Source: Verrucomicrobiota bacterium
Lineage (GTDB): Bacteria; Verrucomicrobiota; Verrucomicrobiia; Limisphaerales; JAEYXS01
Assembly (NCBI GenBank): GCA_021156225.1
Contig: JAJNBN010000001.1
Location: 1-28,905 of the forward strand
Length of the DNA stretch: 28,905 nt
Direction: 5' to 3'
Part shown: positions 13,303 to 22,792 of the stretch, piece after piece
Position numbering within the stretch: the stretch's first letter is position 1
How the letters are laid out: every line of letters begins with the position of its first letter
Program-made: the position numbers and the translations under genes
Notes under the pieces: model-generated
What the model saw: only the letters and a program-made list of their open reading frames with translations
The model's database searches: none
Told to the model about the DNA's origin: nothing

Positions 13303-15668
13303 AGGGTTTGCCTCATTCTAAATGGCGGGCTGTTGACGATTCCAAGGATAATCGCGGAAAAACGGTAATCCTCTTTGCTCGCGGACTTCAACACGGCGCG
13401 CACCGCAGGACCATCATAAGTCTCCACGCCGCGACCTAGCGCGAACGTGAGCAGTTTCTCCGTCAGTGTGCCTGCAAAGATCTCTGGACGGTTCAATAAC
13501 CCGGCTTCGAGTCCGCTCACACCAGTGAAGCGACTGCCATCCGGCAACCCACCCGATGCATCCACCGGCACGCCTTCTTCCAGATTCCGCCATTGGCCCA
13601 CAGCATCAAAGTTTTCCAGTGCAAAGCCGGGTGGGTCGATAAAGTCATGGCAACTCGCACATGCGGCATTGGCCCGATGTGCTGCCAGCCGTTCACGCAC
13701 GGGCAGCTTGGCCGAGACGCTGTTGTCATCTAGCGCAGGCACATCCGGGGCAGGCGGTGGCGGCGGCGTTCCCAGCAGATTCTCCAACACCCATTTGCCA
13801 CGGATCACCGGCGAGGTACGCGTGGAGTAGGAAGTCACGGTCAGCACACTGCCATGGCGCAACAATCCGCCACGATTGCTCTCCGGCTTCAAGGCGATAG
13901 GACGGAAGTGGGTGCCATAGACATTGGGGATGCCGTAGTGCTTCGCCAACCGCTCGTTCAGGTAAGCGTGATCTGCTTTCACGAGATCAAGCACACTGCC
14001 GTCTTCGCGCAAAATCTCCGCAAAGAGGAGTTCCGTTTCACTGCGAAAGGCCTGCCGCAGATTGTCATCGAAGTCCGGGAACAGGCGACCATCTGGCGTG
14101 ATGGATTCCAGATTGCGCAAGTGCAGCCATTGATTGGCAAAGTTTTTGACGAGTGATTGCGCCCGCGAATCCGCAAGCATACGGCGCGTCTGTTTGGCTA
14201 GCACTTCGGGTTTGCCTAATTCACCGCGTCCCGCCAAATCGAGCAATTCATCATCGGGAATGCTGCTCCACAAAAAGAACGAAAGCCGCGAGGCCAGCTC
14301 CACATCACTGACGCGATAGACGGTGGCACGCGGCAGATCTTTCGGCTCCGTTTCCACACGCAGCAGGAATTCACGGCTCACTAGTACCGCGCTCAAAGCT
14401 GCTTCGATACCGGCGTCAAACCCGGCCTCCTTGCGTCCCTCGCTGAAGAACGGCAGCACCCGCGCCACATCAGCCTCCGTGACCGGGCGCCGATACGCCC
14501 GGCGTATCAAAGTGGATAAAATCTGTTTCGCACAGGCCTCCTCATCAGCCGGCGCCTTGGGTCGCGTGATGAACAGGCGCTGGCGACTGGGAGTTTCTCC
14601 CGCACCTTTGGCATAATACGGCCCGGTGATGGACACCTGATAAATCGCCGGACCAATGCGCGGATGCCGGTGGAAATTGAAGTGCGCATTGTACGGCTGC
14701 CGCTGCGTTTCCAACAAAGAGGAGGGATTTTTCAGGAACGTGACGCCGAGTTGATGCGGTCCCGCCTTCACTGGCAGACGGAATTTCAGATGAGCATCCA
14801 CTTGCTCAAAACCCTTTCCCGCCGCTGGCGGTTTCACGGTGAAAGTCCGCACCTGTTCTTTATCCACCAGCACGACGACTTCATGCGGTTCCTTCAAGCC
14901 CTCGACATCTTCATTGCGATCGCGGGTGAGGCGTATCTGGATCTCATACTCGCCTTCTTGCGGAAAGGTGTAGGGCAGCAACGCCCCGCCGCGCGTGCCG
15001 AAGGGCAATCCCTCCACGCGCTCCTCTTGGGTGATATCGGGCCGGATACGGATGGTATCGCCACCGGGCACCTTCTGGTCGCTGCCAACCGCAAGTCGAC
15101 TGATCTTCTGCGCCGCACTGATATAGCGGTCAAGCAAAGTGGGTGACAACGTGCCGACAGTCACATTGTCAAAACCATGGCTCGCTTCATCCGCTGGCAG
15201 TAGCGCTGCAGCATCGATATCGAGCGCGAGCAGATCGCGGATGGCGTTCTGATACTCCGTGCGCGTGAGCCGACGAATGGTTTCCGTGCGGCCCGGCGTA
15301 GGGTGCATGGCTGCCACAGCATCGAGCCTGCCCTCCAAGACGTTCAAAGCCTGTTGGTACTCGGCCTCACTTGGGCGGGATGGTTTGCCAGGAGGAGGCA
15401 TCTGACGGGTGCGCAACCGGCGGATGACGTCCTCCCAGGCATCAGGATGTTTCGTGACATCTTCCGTAAGAATGGCGGCGAGGTTCAAGCCGCCTTTGGC
15501 CGTTTCTCCATCGTGACAGTCCGTGCAAAACTTGCTGACCAAGGCTGGTGCAGCAACAGTCTTTGAACCCGCCACTTCCGCCGTCTTGGGCTGCGCCGCC
15601 GAGCCACCAGCCACCCACGTCAGCCATCCGATCAAAACGACCGGCCAGTTGTGGAGATGGAGTTTCAT
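13299..15668 (-). CDS. DUF1592/DUF1588/DUF1587/DUF1595/DUF1585 multidomain protein with two c-type heme motifs
   Basis: CTDCH (15513-15527) and CASCH (13647-13661); RRLTRTEYQNAIRDLL, ELASRLSFFLWSS.PD, RGGLL, TSPVIRGKWV and GFALENFDAVG. ATGA overlap with the DUF1552 start. Start is ATG 15668 (15692 possible). Confidence 0.92.
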   Translation of the reverse strand: MKLHLHNWPVVLIGWLTWVAGGSAAQPKTAEVAGSKTVAAPALVSKFCTDCHDGETAKGGLNLAAILTEDVTKHPDAWEDVIRRLRTRQMPPPGKPSRPSEAEYQQALNVLEGRLDAVAAMHPTPGRTETIRRLTRTEYQNAIRDLLALDIDAAALLPADEASHGFDNVTVGTLSPTLLDRYISAAQKISRLAVGSDQKVPGGDTIRIRPDITQEERVEGLPFGTRGGALLPYTFPQEGEYEIQIRLTRDRNEDVEGLKEPHEVVVLVDKEQVRTFTVKPPAAGKGFEQVDAHLKFRLPVKAGPHQLGVTFLKNPSSLLETQRQPYNAHFNFHRHPRIGPAIYQVSITGPYYAKGAGETPSRQRLFITRPKAPADEEACAKQILSTLIRRAYRRPVTEADVARVLPFFSEGRKEAGFDAGIEAALSAVLVSREFLLRVETEPKDLPRATVYRVSDVELASRLSFFLWSSIPDDELLDLAGRGELGKPEVLAKQTRRMLADSRAQSLVKNFANQWLHLRNLESITPDGRLFPDFDDNLRQAFRSETELLFAEILREDGSVLDLVKADHAYLNERLAKHYGIPNVYGTHFRPIALKPESNRGGLLRHGSVLTVTSYSTRTSPVIRGKWVLENLLGTPPPPPAPDVPALDDNSVSAKLPVRERLAAHRANAACASCHDFIDPPGFALENFDAVGQWRNLEEGVPVDASGGLPDGSRFTGVSGLEAGLLNRPEIFAGTLTEKLLTFALGRGVETYDGPAVRAVLKSASKEDYRFSAIILGIVNSPPFRMRQTL

Positions 15669-15771
15669 TGCGGCAGGGATGAACGCATACAATGTGGCGA
15701 CGGCTTTTATCTGGCTTACCTCTTAAAGCCGCTTTTAGCAAGTGCCACTGTTGGCCAAAACTGCCCTCCCT

Positions 15772-15803
15772 AAAAGAAACGGGCCGCCCGAAGGCGGCCC
15801 GTT
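15772..15803 (-). terminator. Rho-independent terminator of the 17745-15826 gene
   Basis: On the minus strand: AACGGGCCGCC-UUCG-GGCGGCCCGTT-TCTTTT, an 11-bp stem with a UUCG tetraloop. Confidence 0.85.
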
Positions 15804-15825
15804 GATGCAATTGGACCCAGCCAGC

Positions 15826-17745
15826 TTACTTGGCCTTCGGCGGGGTCGGGCTGTAGAACTTGTAGTTCATCCCCTGCTCATTGATCACAAAGCCGCCCAC
15901 GGAGAAGTGGAAGTATTTCTCGATCGCTGAGAACTCAGGCAGCAGCGCGAAGTCAAACCACTCCGCCCGGCGTTTCTTGCCCTCTTCATTCACCATGCCG
16001 CCGGAGAACAACATATCGAACATCTCCGGGTTCTTGCGCAAGGCCGTGATCATAACCTTTGCCGTAGCCGCCTGATTCTCATAGACCAACAGGCCGCTGG
16101 ACATGCCACCCACCTTCTGGGCCGCTTCCGCCAGGCCTGCCGTCTCCTTCAAGGGCCGTCCGCCACCTTGGGCGCTGCGCACGTATTCCTCGACCATGGA
16201 GGCTTCCGTGGAGAAGGCCACATAACCGCCGCTCGCCACATAGTGCAAGGCGCGTTCCACCGGGCGTTTACCATCCGCGCTCACTGTGGCAGGCATCGGC
16301 AATGTGAAGATCTTCTTGCCGAGGAACTCGCGTTCTCCTTTGTCGCCAGCGCCGCCCGCCATGGGCGAGACGAGGAAACTGCTGCCCGTCTTGATCGCTG
16401 AAGCCAATTGCTCGGCATTGGGCGAACCTACCAAAACGATGGAAGGCGGTGAGGCAAGCTGCTCGATGCTCGTGCCGGTCGGGGCTTTTTCATAGGAGAT
16501 GATATCATCGCCGAGATTGCCGATGAGCTGTTTTTTCAAGTCGAAGTTCGGGTCTTTGTCCTTGCCGGCCGCGCCGAGCGTCATCTGGAGGAGGCCGCCC
16601 ATCTGTGGCGAGATGGAATTCAAGGTGCTCTCCACCGTGGTCCAGAGCTTCTGACCATTCAAGCGCCAGCGCATGAACTTCGTGACGTCCGCCGAAACAA
16701 AGTCGGGCGGCGATGAATCTTTGGCTTCCGGCACCAGGATTTGGAAAATCCCTTTGCGCTGGTCTTGCGGCACGCCCAGATGCATCTGGATCGAGGAACC
16801 TTCGCCCGTCAATTGTCCGCTCATGGCCAGCGTCTTCACTCCGCGCAGACCGAGGGCTTCCATGATCTTGTCGGGCGCGGGCATTGGCATGGCATCGTCC
16901 GCTGACGGGGGCTTTTGATCGGCCATGATGGATTTGATCAGGATGTCATAAAAGCTTTGGGTGTTCACCCAGGCATAGAACATGGAATCGCGAAACATGG
17001 CGTTATGCGCGCCCTGGTAGTTCGGGACTTCGTCCAGCGTAGGCAGGCTGCCACCGCTCTGCTTGATGAGCACCTTCTCAAAGACCCGCTTGCTGTTGCC
17101 CATGAGGAAGAGGGAACCGGAACGGCCGATGGTAATCTCCGTGGGCTTCTGGGCCTTCTTGGGTTCAGCCTCCGTTTCGTCCTCGTCCTTTTCCTTCTTG
17201 GACGGGAAGGCGTTGGTCAGGATTTTGTCCATCTCGCCCGGGGGCAGGATGACGGTGTGAAAATCCACATCGCGGATCTTCTCCGTCTTCACCTGTTTGC
17301 CGGTATCGGTCCAGCGCTTGCGCAGCTCGGTCAGTTTGCTTTCCAGATCAGAACCTTTGTCCTTGCTGTCGATCAGCAGGATCAAGGCCGGTTCCTTGTC
17401 ATCTTGGCCTTCCCAGCCGTCGCGCACCACGGCGATGGTGAGCTGGCCTTTGGCCAGCGCCAGATAGTCGGCGAACTTGATGCCCATCTCGCGCTCCAGC
17501 GGGGCGATGATGTCGCTGTTCCACTTGGCCATCACCTTTTTCAGGAATGGTTGCATGGCCGGCTCCGAATAAAGCTGGCTGGCGGGGTTTGACTTGATAT
17601 CAGCCCGGGCTTTATCGAGATCCGGTATGGTGAAGAGCACCAGCGTATCGGAAGGCAGCAGCTTTTCCGGCGGCGGGGTTTGGGCTTTGACATTGAGGGT
17701 GAGCAGCAGCACTAGGCTGAGCACCGCGTAACATTTTCTGATCAT
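15826..17745 (-). CDS. Large exported hypothetical protein (possibly DUF3352-like)
   Basis: Signal peptide MIRKCYAVLSLVLLLTLNVKA|Q, P.EKLLPSDT start, alternating alpha/beta pattern and strong codon bias. The DUF3352 resemblance is a general impression only. Start moved from 17835 to ATG 17745 (AAGGA upstream). Confidence 0.75.
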   Translation of the reverse strand: MIRKCYAVLSLVLLLTLNVKAQTPPPEKLLPSDTLVLFTIPDLDKARADIKSNPASQLYSEPAMQPFLKKVMAKWNSDIIAPLEREMGIKFADYLALAKGQLTIAVVRDGWEGQDDKEPALILLIDSKDKGSDLESKLTELRKRWTDTGKQVKTEKIRDVDFHTVILPPGEMDKILTNAFPSKKEKDEDETEAEPKKAQKPTEITIGRSGSLFLMGNSKRVFEKVLIKQSGGSLPTLDEVPNYQGAHNAMFRDSMFYAWVNTQSFYDILIKSIMADQKPPSADDAMPMPAPDKIMEALGLRGVKTLAMSGQLTGEGSSIQMHLGVPQDQRKGIFQILVPEAKDSSPPDFVSADVTKFMRWRLNGQKLWTTVESTLNSISPQMGGLLQMTLGAAGKDKDPNFDLKKQLIGNLGDDIISYEKAPTGTSIEQLASPPSIVLVGSPNAEQLASAIKTGSSFLVSPMAGGAGDKGEREFLGKKIFTLPMPATVSADGKRPVERALHYVASGGYVAFSTEASMVEEYVRSAQGGGRPLKETAGLAEAAQKVGGMSSGLLVYENQAATAKVMITALRKNPEMFDMLFSGGMVNEEGKKRRAEWFDFALLPEFSAIEKYFHFSVGGFVINEQGMNYKFYSPTPPKAK

Positions 17746-17847
17746 AGAAACGGCCTGTCCTTTATTTCTTGCGGTGGCCGGCCTTCCGGCCAGATCACCG
17801 CATCTTCTTAAAAATGATGTTTGTTGATTCACCAATGGTCTGTCCGC

Positions 17848-18807
17848 CTACTTCTTGCCGGCTGGAACCTTCATCCGGCTTGGTGGCTCCAGATAACGAT
17901 ACGCGTTACTGGGATTGCCGCTATCGTACGAGTAGGCATCCCGATGGTTCAGGAAATACTTAACCGCACTTATCGGAATGGCAAATCCCAGTCCTTCGCC
18001 GAACATGATTTTCATGTTCGTCACCCCCACAACCTCGCCGCGCAGGTTGAAAAGCGGGCCGCCGCTATTGCCGGGATTGATCTGCGTGGTCGTCTGCAAG
18101 TAAAGCTCGCCCTGCATCTGGCGCGTCTTGGTGCTGACGATGCCTTCCGTCACCGTGCGCTCCAAGCCCAAGGGGCTGCCGATGGCGAATACCCGTTCGC
18201 CAACCGCCAAACCATCAGCCTCGCCCAAAAGCACCGGCACAAACTTCGGCAGATTTTCATCCTCAATCTTTAACAGCGTCAGGTCCGCGAACTTGTTCAT
18301 CGCCACGATGCGCACCTGCTTGTAGGACTTGCGTTCGAGCTGCCCTTTCTTCTGGTGATAGACCTCGATGGAGATCTCCGTTTCCCCCTCGATGACGTGA
18401 AAATTGGTGATGAGGAAGCCGTCTTCGTTCAGAAAGAACCCGGAGCCAGTGCCGCTGGGAGTGCGGACCTGGACCACACCTTCACCGAGCTGGGCCACCA
18501 GTTCCCGCACTGACCGCTCGGCCGGAGGTGTCGTCGCCACGCGGAACAGGTCTTCCTGGATCGTGGCCGGGGGCGCAACATCGACTGGTTTAGCGGTCGC
18601 TTTTTCGGACTTCTTGACCTCTACGATCTGGTTGCGAGGGATGACGAGTACGGTATAGCCCACATCCAAAACGATCTGGTCCGGCTTGTCCGCCAGTATC
18701 TCTCCGGAAACGGCCGCCTTGCCCTTGAGCTGGATCTGCACCGGCTCGGCCGTCGCGGAAAAAGCCGCGAGGACCGCCACCGACATACCGACGAGTGGCT
18801 TCAACAT
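17848..18807 (-). CDS. Trypsin-like S1C serine protease without PDZ, exported
   Basis: GSGFF, ITNFHV (His), ADLTLLK (Asp), IGSPLG and INPGNSGGPL (Ser). Signal peptide and a small N-terminal beta domain. No PDZ domain. Confidence 0.92.
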   Translation of the reverse strand: MLKPLVGMSVAVLAAFSATAEPVQIQLKGKAAVSGEILADKPDQIVLDVGYTVLVIPRNQIVEVKKSEKATAKPVDVAPPATIQEDLFRVATTPPAERSVRELVAQLGEGVVQVRTPSGTGSGFFLNEDGFLITNFHVIEGETEISIEVYHQKKGQLERKSYKQVRIVAMNKFADLTLLKIEDENLPKFVPVLLGEADGLAVGERVFAIGSPLGLERTVTEGIVSTKTRQMQGELYLQTTTQINPGNSGGPLFNLRGEVVGVTNMKIMFGEGLGFAIPISAVKYFLNHRDAYSYDSGNPSNAYRYLEPPSRMKVPAGKK

Positions 18808-18813
18808 GGGCCT

Positions 18814-18842
18814 AACCTAGAATCCCGCCTGCTCAAAGACAA
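18814..18842 (-). promoter_or_regulatory. Putative sigma70-type promoter, leaderless arrangement
   Basis: Minus strand: TTGTCT, 17 nt, TAGGTT, 6 nt, ATG 18807. Confidence 0.5.
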
Positions 18843-18977
18843 GCGAGCAAAGCTACAAAAAGCGGCGGGTATTATAGATGCTCACCCGCCCAACGGGAGA
18901 GACACTGCCCGAAATGGCCACCATTGCGCGGGCGGCCTACTCGCGGCATAGTGCAACCAGCATATTTCCAAACCCTT

Positions 18978-19358
18978 ATGAGCATTTTCCAACAGATGAT
19001 GGGCAACGTCACCGAGTTTGCCCCAGATAAAGCCCAGACTGAGTTCGCACCCATCCTGGCTGAGGGTGAAAAGGTCGTGAAAGCCTTCAAACTCATCCGT
19101 GACCAGATTATCCTGACGAATCTCCGGATCATCACGATCAACAAGGAGGGGTTGACCGGCAGCAAACACTTCACGACCTCCATCCCCTACAAGTCTATCA
19201 AGATGTTCGCCAAGGAGAGTGCGGGCATCTTTGACCTGGATGCCGAACTGCGCATCTGGCTCCAATCGGAATCGGAGCCCATCAAGTGGGAGTTCTCCAA
19301 GGGCGTGGACATTAATGAGGTCTATCGGACCATCAGCACGTATGTGTTGAAGGGATAA
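18978..19358 (+). CDS. Bacterial PH domain protein (bPH_1 / DUF1696, YvbH-like)
   Basis: KLIRD.IILTNLRII..KEGLTG, SIPYKSI and AGIFDLDAEL.IW. TTGCGC-17-CATAGT upstream supports ATG 18978. Confidence 0.88.
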   Translation: MSIFQQMMGNVTEFAPDKAQTEFAPILAEGEKVVKAFKLIRDQIILTNLRIITINKEGLTGSKHFTTSIPYKSIKMFAKESAGIFDLDAELRIWLQSESEPIKWEFSKGVDINEVYRTISTYVLKG

Positions 19359-19417
19359 AGGTCACGGCATGACCCTTGCCGCCAAGACAGAGTTGGCGTT
19401 ACCGTAGCCGGGTTCGC

Positions 19418-20176
19418 ATGGTTGACTCGTTTATCAAATTTGCCAGAGCTGGTCTGCTTGCGCTCCTACTGGGAGGCGTTAGTTCCAGCTTCGTCCTCGC
19501 CCAGGCCCAGCCTGAGCCGCCTTCGTTTGAAGAAGTCCTCGCCCGGGCCCAGCAGGGTGAGGTCATCATGCAGCTCACGGTGGGGCGGATGTATGAGGAG
19601 CGTGGCTCCTATACGAATGCCGTGCGCTGGTATCAGGAGGCGGTCAAGGCCGGCGATGCGGGTGGCCAGTTCAAGCTCGGGATGCTGCATGCCCAAGGGG
19701 CGGGCGTGCCCCGCGACATGGCCGCCGCCGTGAAGTGGTTCGAGCAATCCGCCCAGCAAGGTTTCGCCGCCGCCCAATACAATCTCGGCGTCTGCTGGGA
19801 GAAAGGCCTGGGCACGACGAATCGTAATTATGCAGAAGCATTGAAATGGTACCGGCTGGCCGCAGAACAAAACGACGCCTTCGCGCAGAAAGCCATGGGC
19901 GTGTTCTACGAAAAAGGCATGGGGGTGAAAGCCGATCTCGCGGAAGCCTATAAATGGTATGCCCTGGCGAGCGCCGCCGGATTTTCCGAGAGCGAAATCT
20001 TGCGCAAAAATCTGGCCGCGAAGTTCAAACCGGAAGAACTGGCTGCGGCTCAAAAACGTTTTACGGACTATGCCGCTGCCAAGGCCGCGAATTCTGCAAC
20101 CCCGCCGCCACGCCTGCCGGTGGAAGCAACCGCCAAGCCTCCGACGAAAGCCAAGACCAAAGATTTCCTAGACTGA
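19418..20176 (+). CDS. Sel1-like repeat protein, exported
   Basis: About four SLR units (AVRWYQEA, AVKWFEQSAQQG.AAAQYNLG, ALKWYRLAAEQ, AYKWYALA). Signal-like N-terminus from ATG 19418. Confidence 0.88.
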   Translation: MVDSFIKFARAGLLALLLGGVSSSFVLAQAQPEPPSFEEVLARAQQGEVIMQLTVGRMYEERGSYTNAVRWYQEAVKAGDAGGQFKLGMLHAQGAGVPRDMAAAVKWFEQSAQQGFAAAQYNLGVCWEKGLGTTNRNYAEALKWYRLAAEQNDAFAQKAMGVFYEKGMGVKADLAEAYKWYALASAAGFSESEILRKNLAAKFKPEELAAAQKRFTDYAAAKAANSATPPPRLPVEATAKPPTKAKTKDFLD

Positions 20177-20200
20177 GTGCGCCGAAGAACTGTTAGAAGT

Positions 20201-21775
20201 TCATTCCACCGGTACTTTTTCAAAGTCTGAATCGATCACCCAGCCGGCCTTCACCTTCTCGCCTTTCATAAAGCGCTCGTAGAAGTTGCGCGTCTTCTCG
20301 TCGGAGTAAACGTATCCATCGAATATTTTTCCGTTGCCGAACATGCGCGGGTCGCCCTGTTCTTTCAGTTCCTTCTCCATCTGTTCTCGGAGCGCCTGTT
20401 TCTTCTTCTCCAGGGAGGCAGTGGTGGCGAGATTCACCAGGCAATCCGGGTCTTTCTTCAAGTCGTAGAGTTCCTCTCCCGGGCGTTTGCCGAAGGCCAG
20501 TGACCAAAATTTCTTGGAGTCAATGCTGGTGCGATTTGCGATGAGCCACGTTTTTACTGGGCTGGCATCGCAGTTGAGATAACCGGTCTCGGGATTGCAC
20601 GCGGGCCAGCGGTCCGGCTCGTAGTTCTGCAAGAAGAGCAGACCATCTTTGATGATGCCTCGTATGGGATATCCCACATCACCCGGTCGCCCCACATCAT
20701 GCCGCTCCTTGCCCACCAGCACATGGTCACGTTTCGGATTCACCTGTCCGCCTTTATCGGAGAAAAGGATGTCGCTGATGCTCTGGCCGCTGATCGGATG
20801 CATCCCGGACTTTTTCTGATCGACTTGCGCGAGTTCCAAGAACGTGGGGGCCAGATCGGTGAAGTTCACAAAGTCATTGATCACGCGCCCGGATTTCTTG
20901 AGGCCGGCGGGCCAGCGGATGGCGAGCGGGATGTGGTTGGAATCTTCGTAGGCCATCCCCTTCACCCGCGGAAAAGGCATGCCGTGATCGGACGTGACGA
21001 TGACGATGGTATTCTCCAGTTCACCGCGTTGCTCCAGCATCGTCAGCATGCGCTCAAGATGTTTATCCGTCTGCTCCACCTCATAAGCGTAGTCCAGCAT
21101 GTCATGGCGCGTCGTTTCATTATCCGGCCAATAACCGGGCACACGATCAATATCGGAGAGCTTCTTGCCGCCCTTCGCCACGCCCGAACCACCCTCATAG
21201 GCGCGATGCGGTTCGTAGGAGCCATACCAGAAGAACCACGGTTGATCGTGGGACTTTTCGCTCATGAAGTCCGCGAAGTTGGCGGCGTAATCGATATTGC
21301 TGACTGCAGGCGTCGCTCCGGGCGCTCGCCGTTTTTGATACGGCTTGCCGGTCATCTGGCGCGGTACACCGTTCGCATCCTTGGCTTCACCCGGCCCCCA
21401 GCCTTTCCCCGTGAAGCCGGTCGTGTAACCATTTTCACCAAGCACTTCGACCACGGATTTGAACTTCGCCGGGAAATAGCAGATGTGGTTCGCTGCCTCT
21501 TCGAGCTGCCAGGAGTAACGCCCCGTGATGATGATGGAGCGTGAGGGCGCGCACTTGGCGTTGGGTGTGAAGGCGTTATGGAACAACAAGCCCTCGCGCG
21601 CCACCCGATCAAAGCCCGGCGTGTTCACCCACTTCGCTCCGTAACCACTGGCATGGCCGTAAGACCAGTCATCAGCTATGGCGAAGAGAATGTTTGGACG
21701 TTTGCTCGCGGCGCTGGCGGTGATGACTGAAACGAGGAGCAGACATAATAATGCGAGGCGTGTGCGGGTCAGCAT
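20201..21775 (-). CDS. Formylglycine-dependent (S1) sulfatase, N-sulfoglucosamine sulfohydrolase-like
   Basis: Signal peptide, [16 protein letters not shown] (21539-21553), [25 protein letters not shown] and EELYDL. Confidence 0.93.
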   Translation of the reverse strand: MLTRTRLALLCLLLVSVITASAASKRPNILFAIADDWSYGHASGYGAKWVNTPGFDRVAREGLLFHNAFTPNAKCAPSRSIIITGRYSWQLEEAANHICYFPAKFKSVVEVLGENGYTTGFTGKGWGPGEAKDANGVPRQMTGKPYQKRRAPGATPAVSNIDYAANFADFMSEKSHDQPWFFWYGSYEPHRAYEGGSGVAKGGKKLSDIDRVPGYWPDNETTRHDMLDYAYEVEQTDKHLERMLTMLEQRGELENTIVIVTSDHGMPFPRVKGMAYEDSNHIPLAIRWPAGLKKSGRVINDFVNFTDLAPTFLELAQVDQKKSGMHPISGQSISDILFSDKGGQVNPKRDHVLVGKERHDVGRPGDVGYPIRGIIKDGLLFLQNYEPDRWPACNPETGYLNCDASPVKTWLIANRTSIDSKKFWSLAFGKRPGEELYDLKKDPDCLVNLATTASLEKKKQALREQMEKELKEQGDPRMFGNGKIFDGYVYSDEKTRNFYERFMKGEKVKAGWVIDSDFEKVPVE

Positions 21776-21900
21776 AAGTCTTGTGAGTTGGGCGATAGTA
21801 TCCGGCCACTTTCTACCGATGGCAAGTTCCGCCTCCTTACGCCGGCGGCTACGGTAACATCAGCATTGCCCATGCGGGCACAGCATGAAACAACTCCCGC

Positions 21901-22710
21901 GTGCTGACACGTTTCTTTGCCTGGCTGCTCAGTTTTAGTTGGATCAAGAAAGGCCTGTGGCGCCGCTGGTATGATTACCTCGCGAGCTACCAGCAGGTCA
22001 CCGACTGGACGTGCATGAACTATGGCTATGCCGGGTTGCCCGAAGCCAAAACTGTCGCCGTCCCCACGGCCCTGGAACCGGAACGGTGGTGCCTCCAACT
22101 GTACCATCATGTGGCGAGCGCGACGGAACTGGTGGGCAAAACTGTTCTCGAAGTCGGCAGTGGTCGTGGCGGCGGTGCGGCGTTTTTGAAGGAGGCTTTG
22201 CAGCCAGCCAGTTATGTTGGCATCGATTACTCAGACAAAGCCGTGGCGCTCTGCCGAGAACGCTACGCCACCATTCAAGGCCTCACCTTTCAGCAAGGTG
22301 ATGCGGAGCAATTGCCCTGCGCGTCCACCACATTTGATGCGGTCATCAATGTTGAATCATCACACTGTTATCCGAACTTTCCCAAGTTCCTCAGTGAAGT
22401 GCAGCGCGTGCTGAAACCGGGCGGGCTTTTCCTCTACACCGATTTCCGCGATGCGGTAGAACTCGGGAACTGGCGCACGCAACTGCGCGCTTCCGGTCTG
22501 GAAATCGTGAAGGAAACCAACATCACGCCCCATGTGCTGACCGCGCTGGATATCGACGATACGCGCAAGCAAACGCTCATCCAGAAATTGATCCCAAAGT
22601 GGTTGCTGAAATCATTTCAGGATTTCGCGGGGACGAAAGGATCGGTGGTCTATCGCAACTTCGCCAACGGGCAGATGCAGTATTTCAGTTTCGTGCTGCG
22701 GAAGCCATGA
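21901..22710 (+). CDS. Class I SAM-dependent methyltransferase, Rv2952/Mtf2-like (lipid O-methyltransferase family)
   Basis: LWRRWY, MNYGY, QLYHHVA, VLEVGSGRGGG, PASYVGID, GDAEQLP, NVESSHCYP and EVQRVLKPGG. GTG start. Confidence 0.85.
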   Translation: MLTRFFAWLLSFSWIKKGLWRRWYDYLASYQQVTDWTCMNYGYAGLPEAKTVAVPTALEPERWCLQLYHHVASATELVGKTVLEVGSGRGGGAAFLKEALQPASYVGIDYSDKAVALCRERYATIQGLTFQQGDAEQLPCASTTFDAVINVESSHCYPNFPKFLSEVQRVLKPGGLFLYTDFRDAVELGNWRTQLRASGLEIVKETNITPHVLTALDIDDTRKQTLIQKLIPKWLLKSFQDFAGTKGSVVYRNFANGQMQYFSFVLRKP

Positions 22711-22792
22711 CGCAGATGTCTGAAATGCAGGGTGACGCAGCGAACCTTGCTTAGTTGAGTTAGTTCCGCCTCATCACTTCGACGGCCACGGA

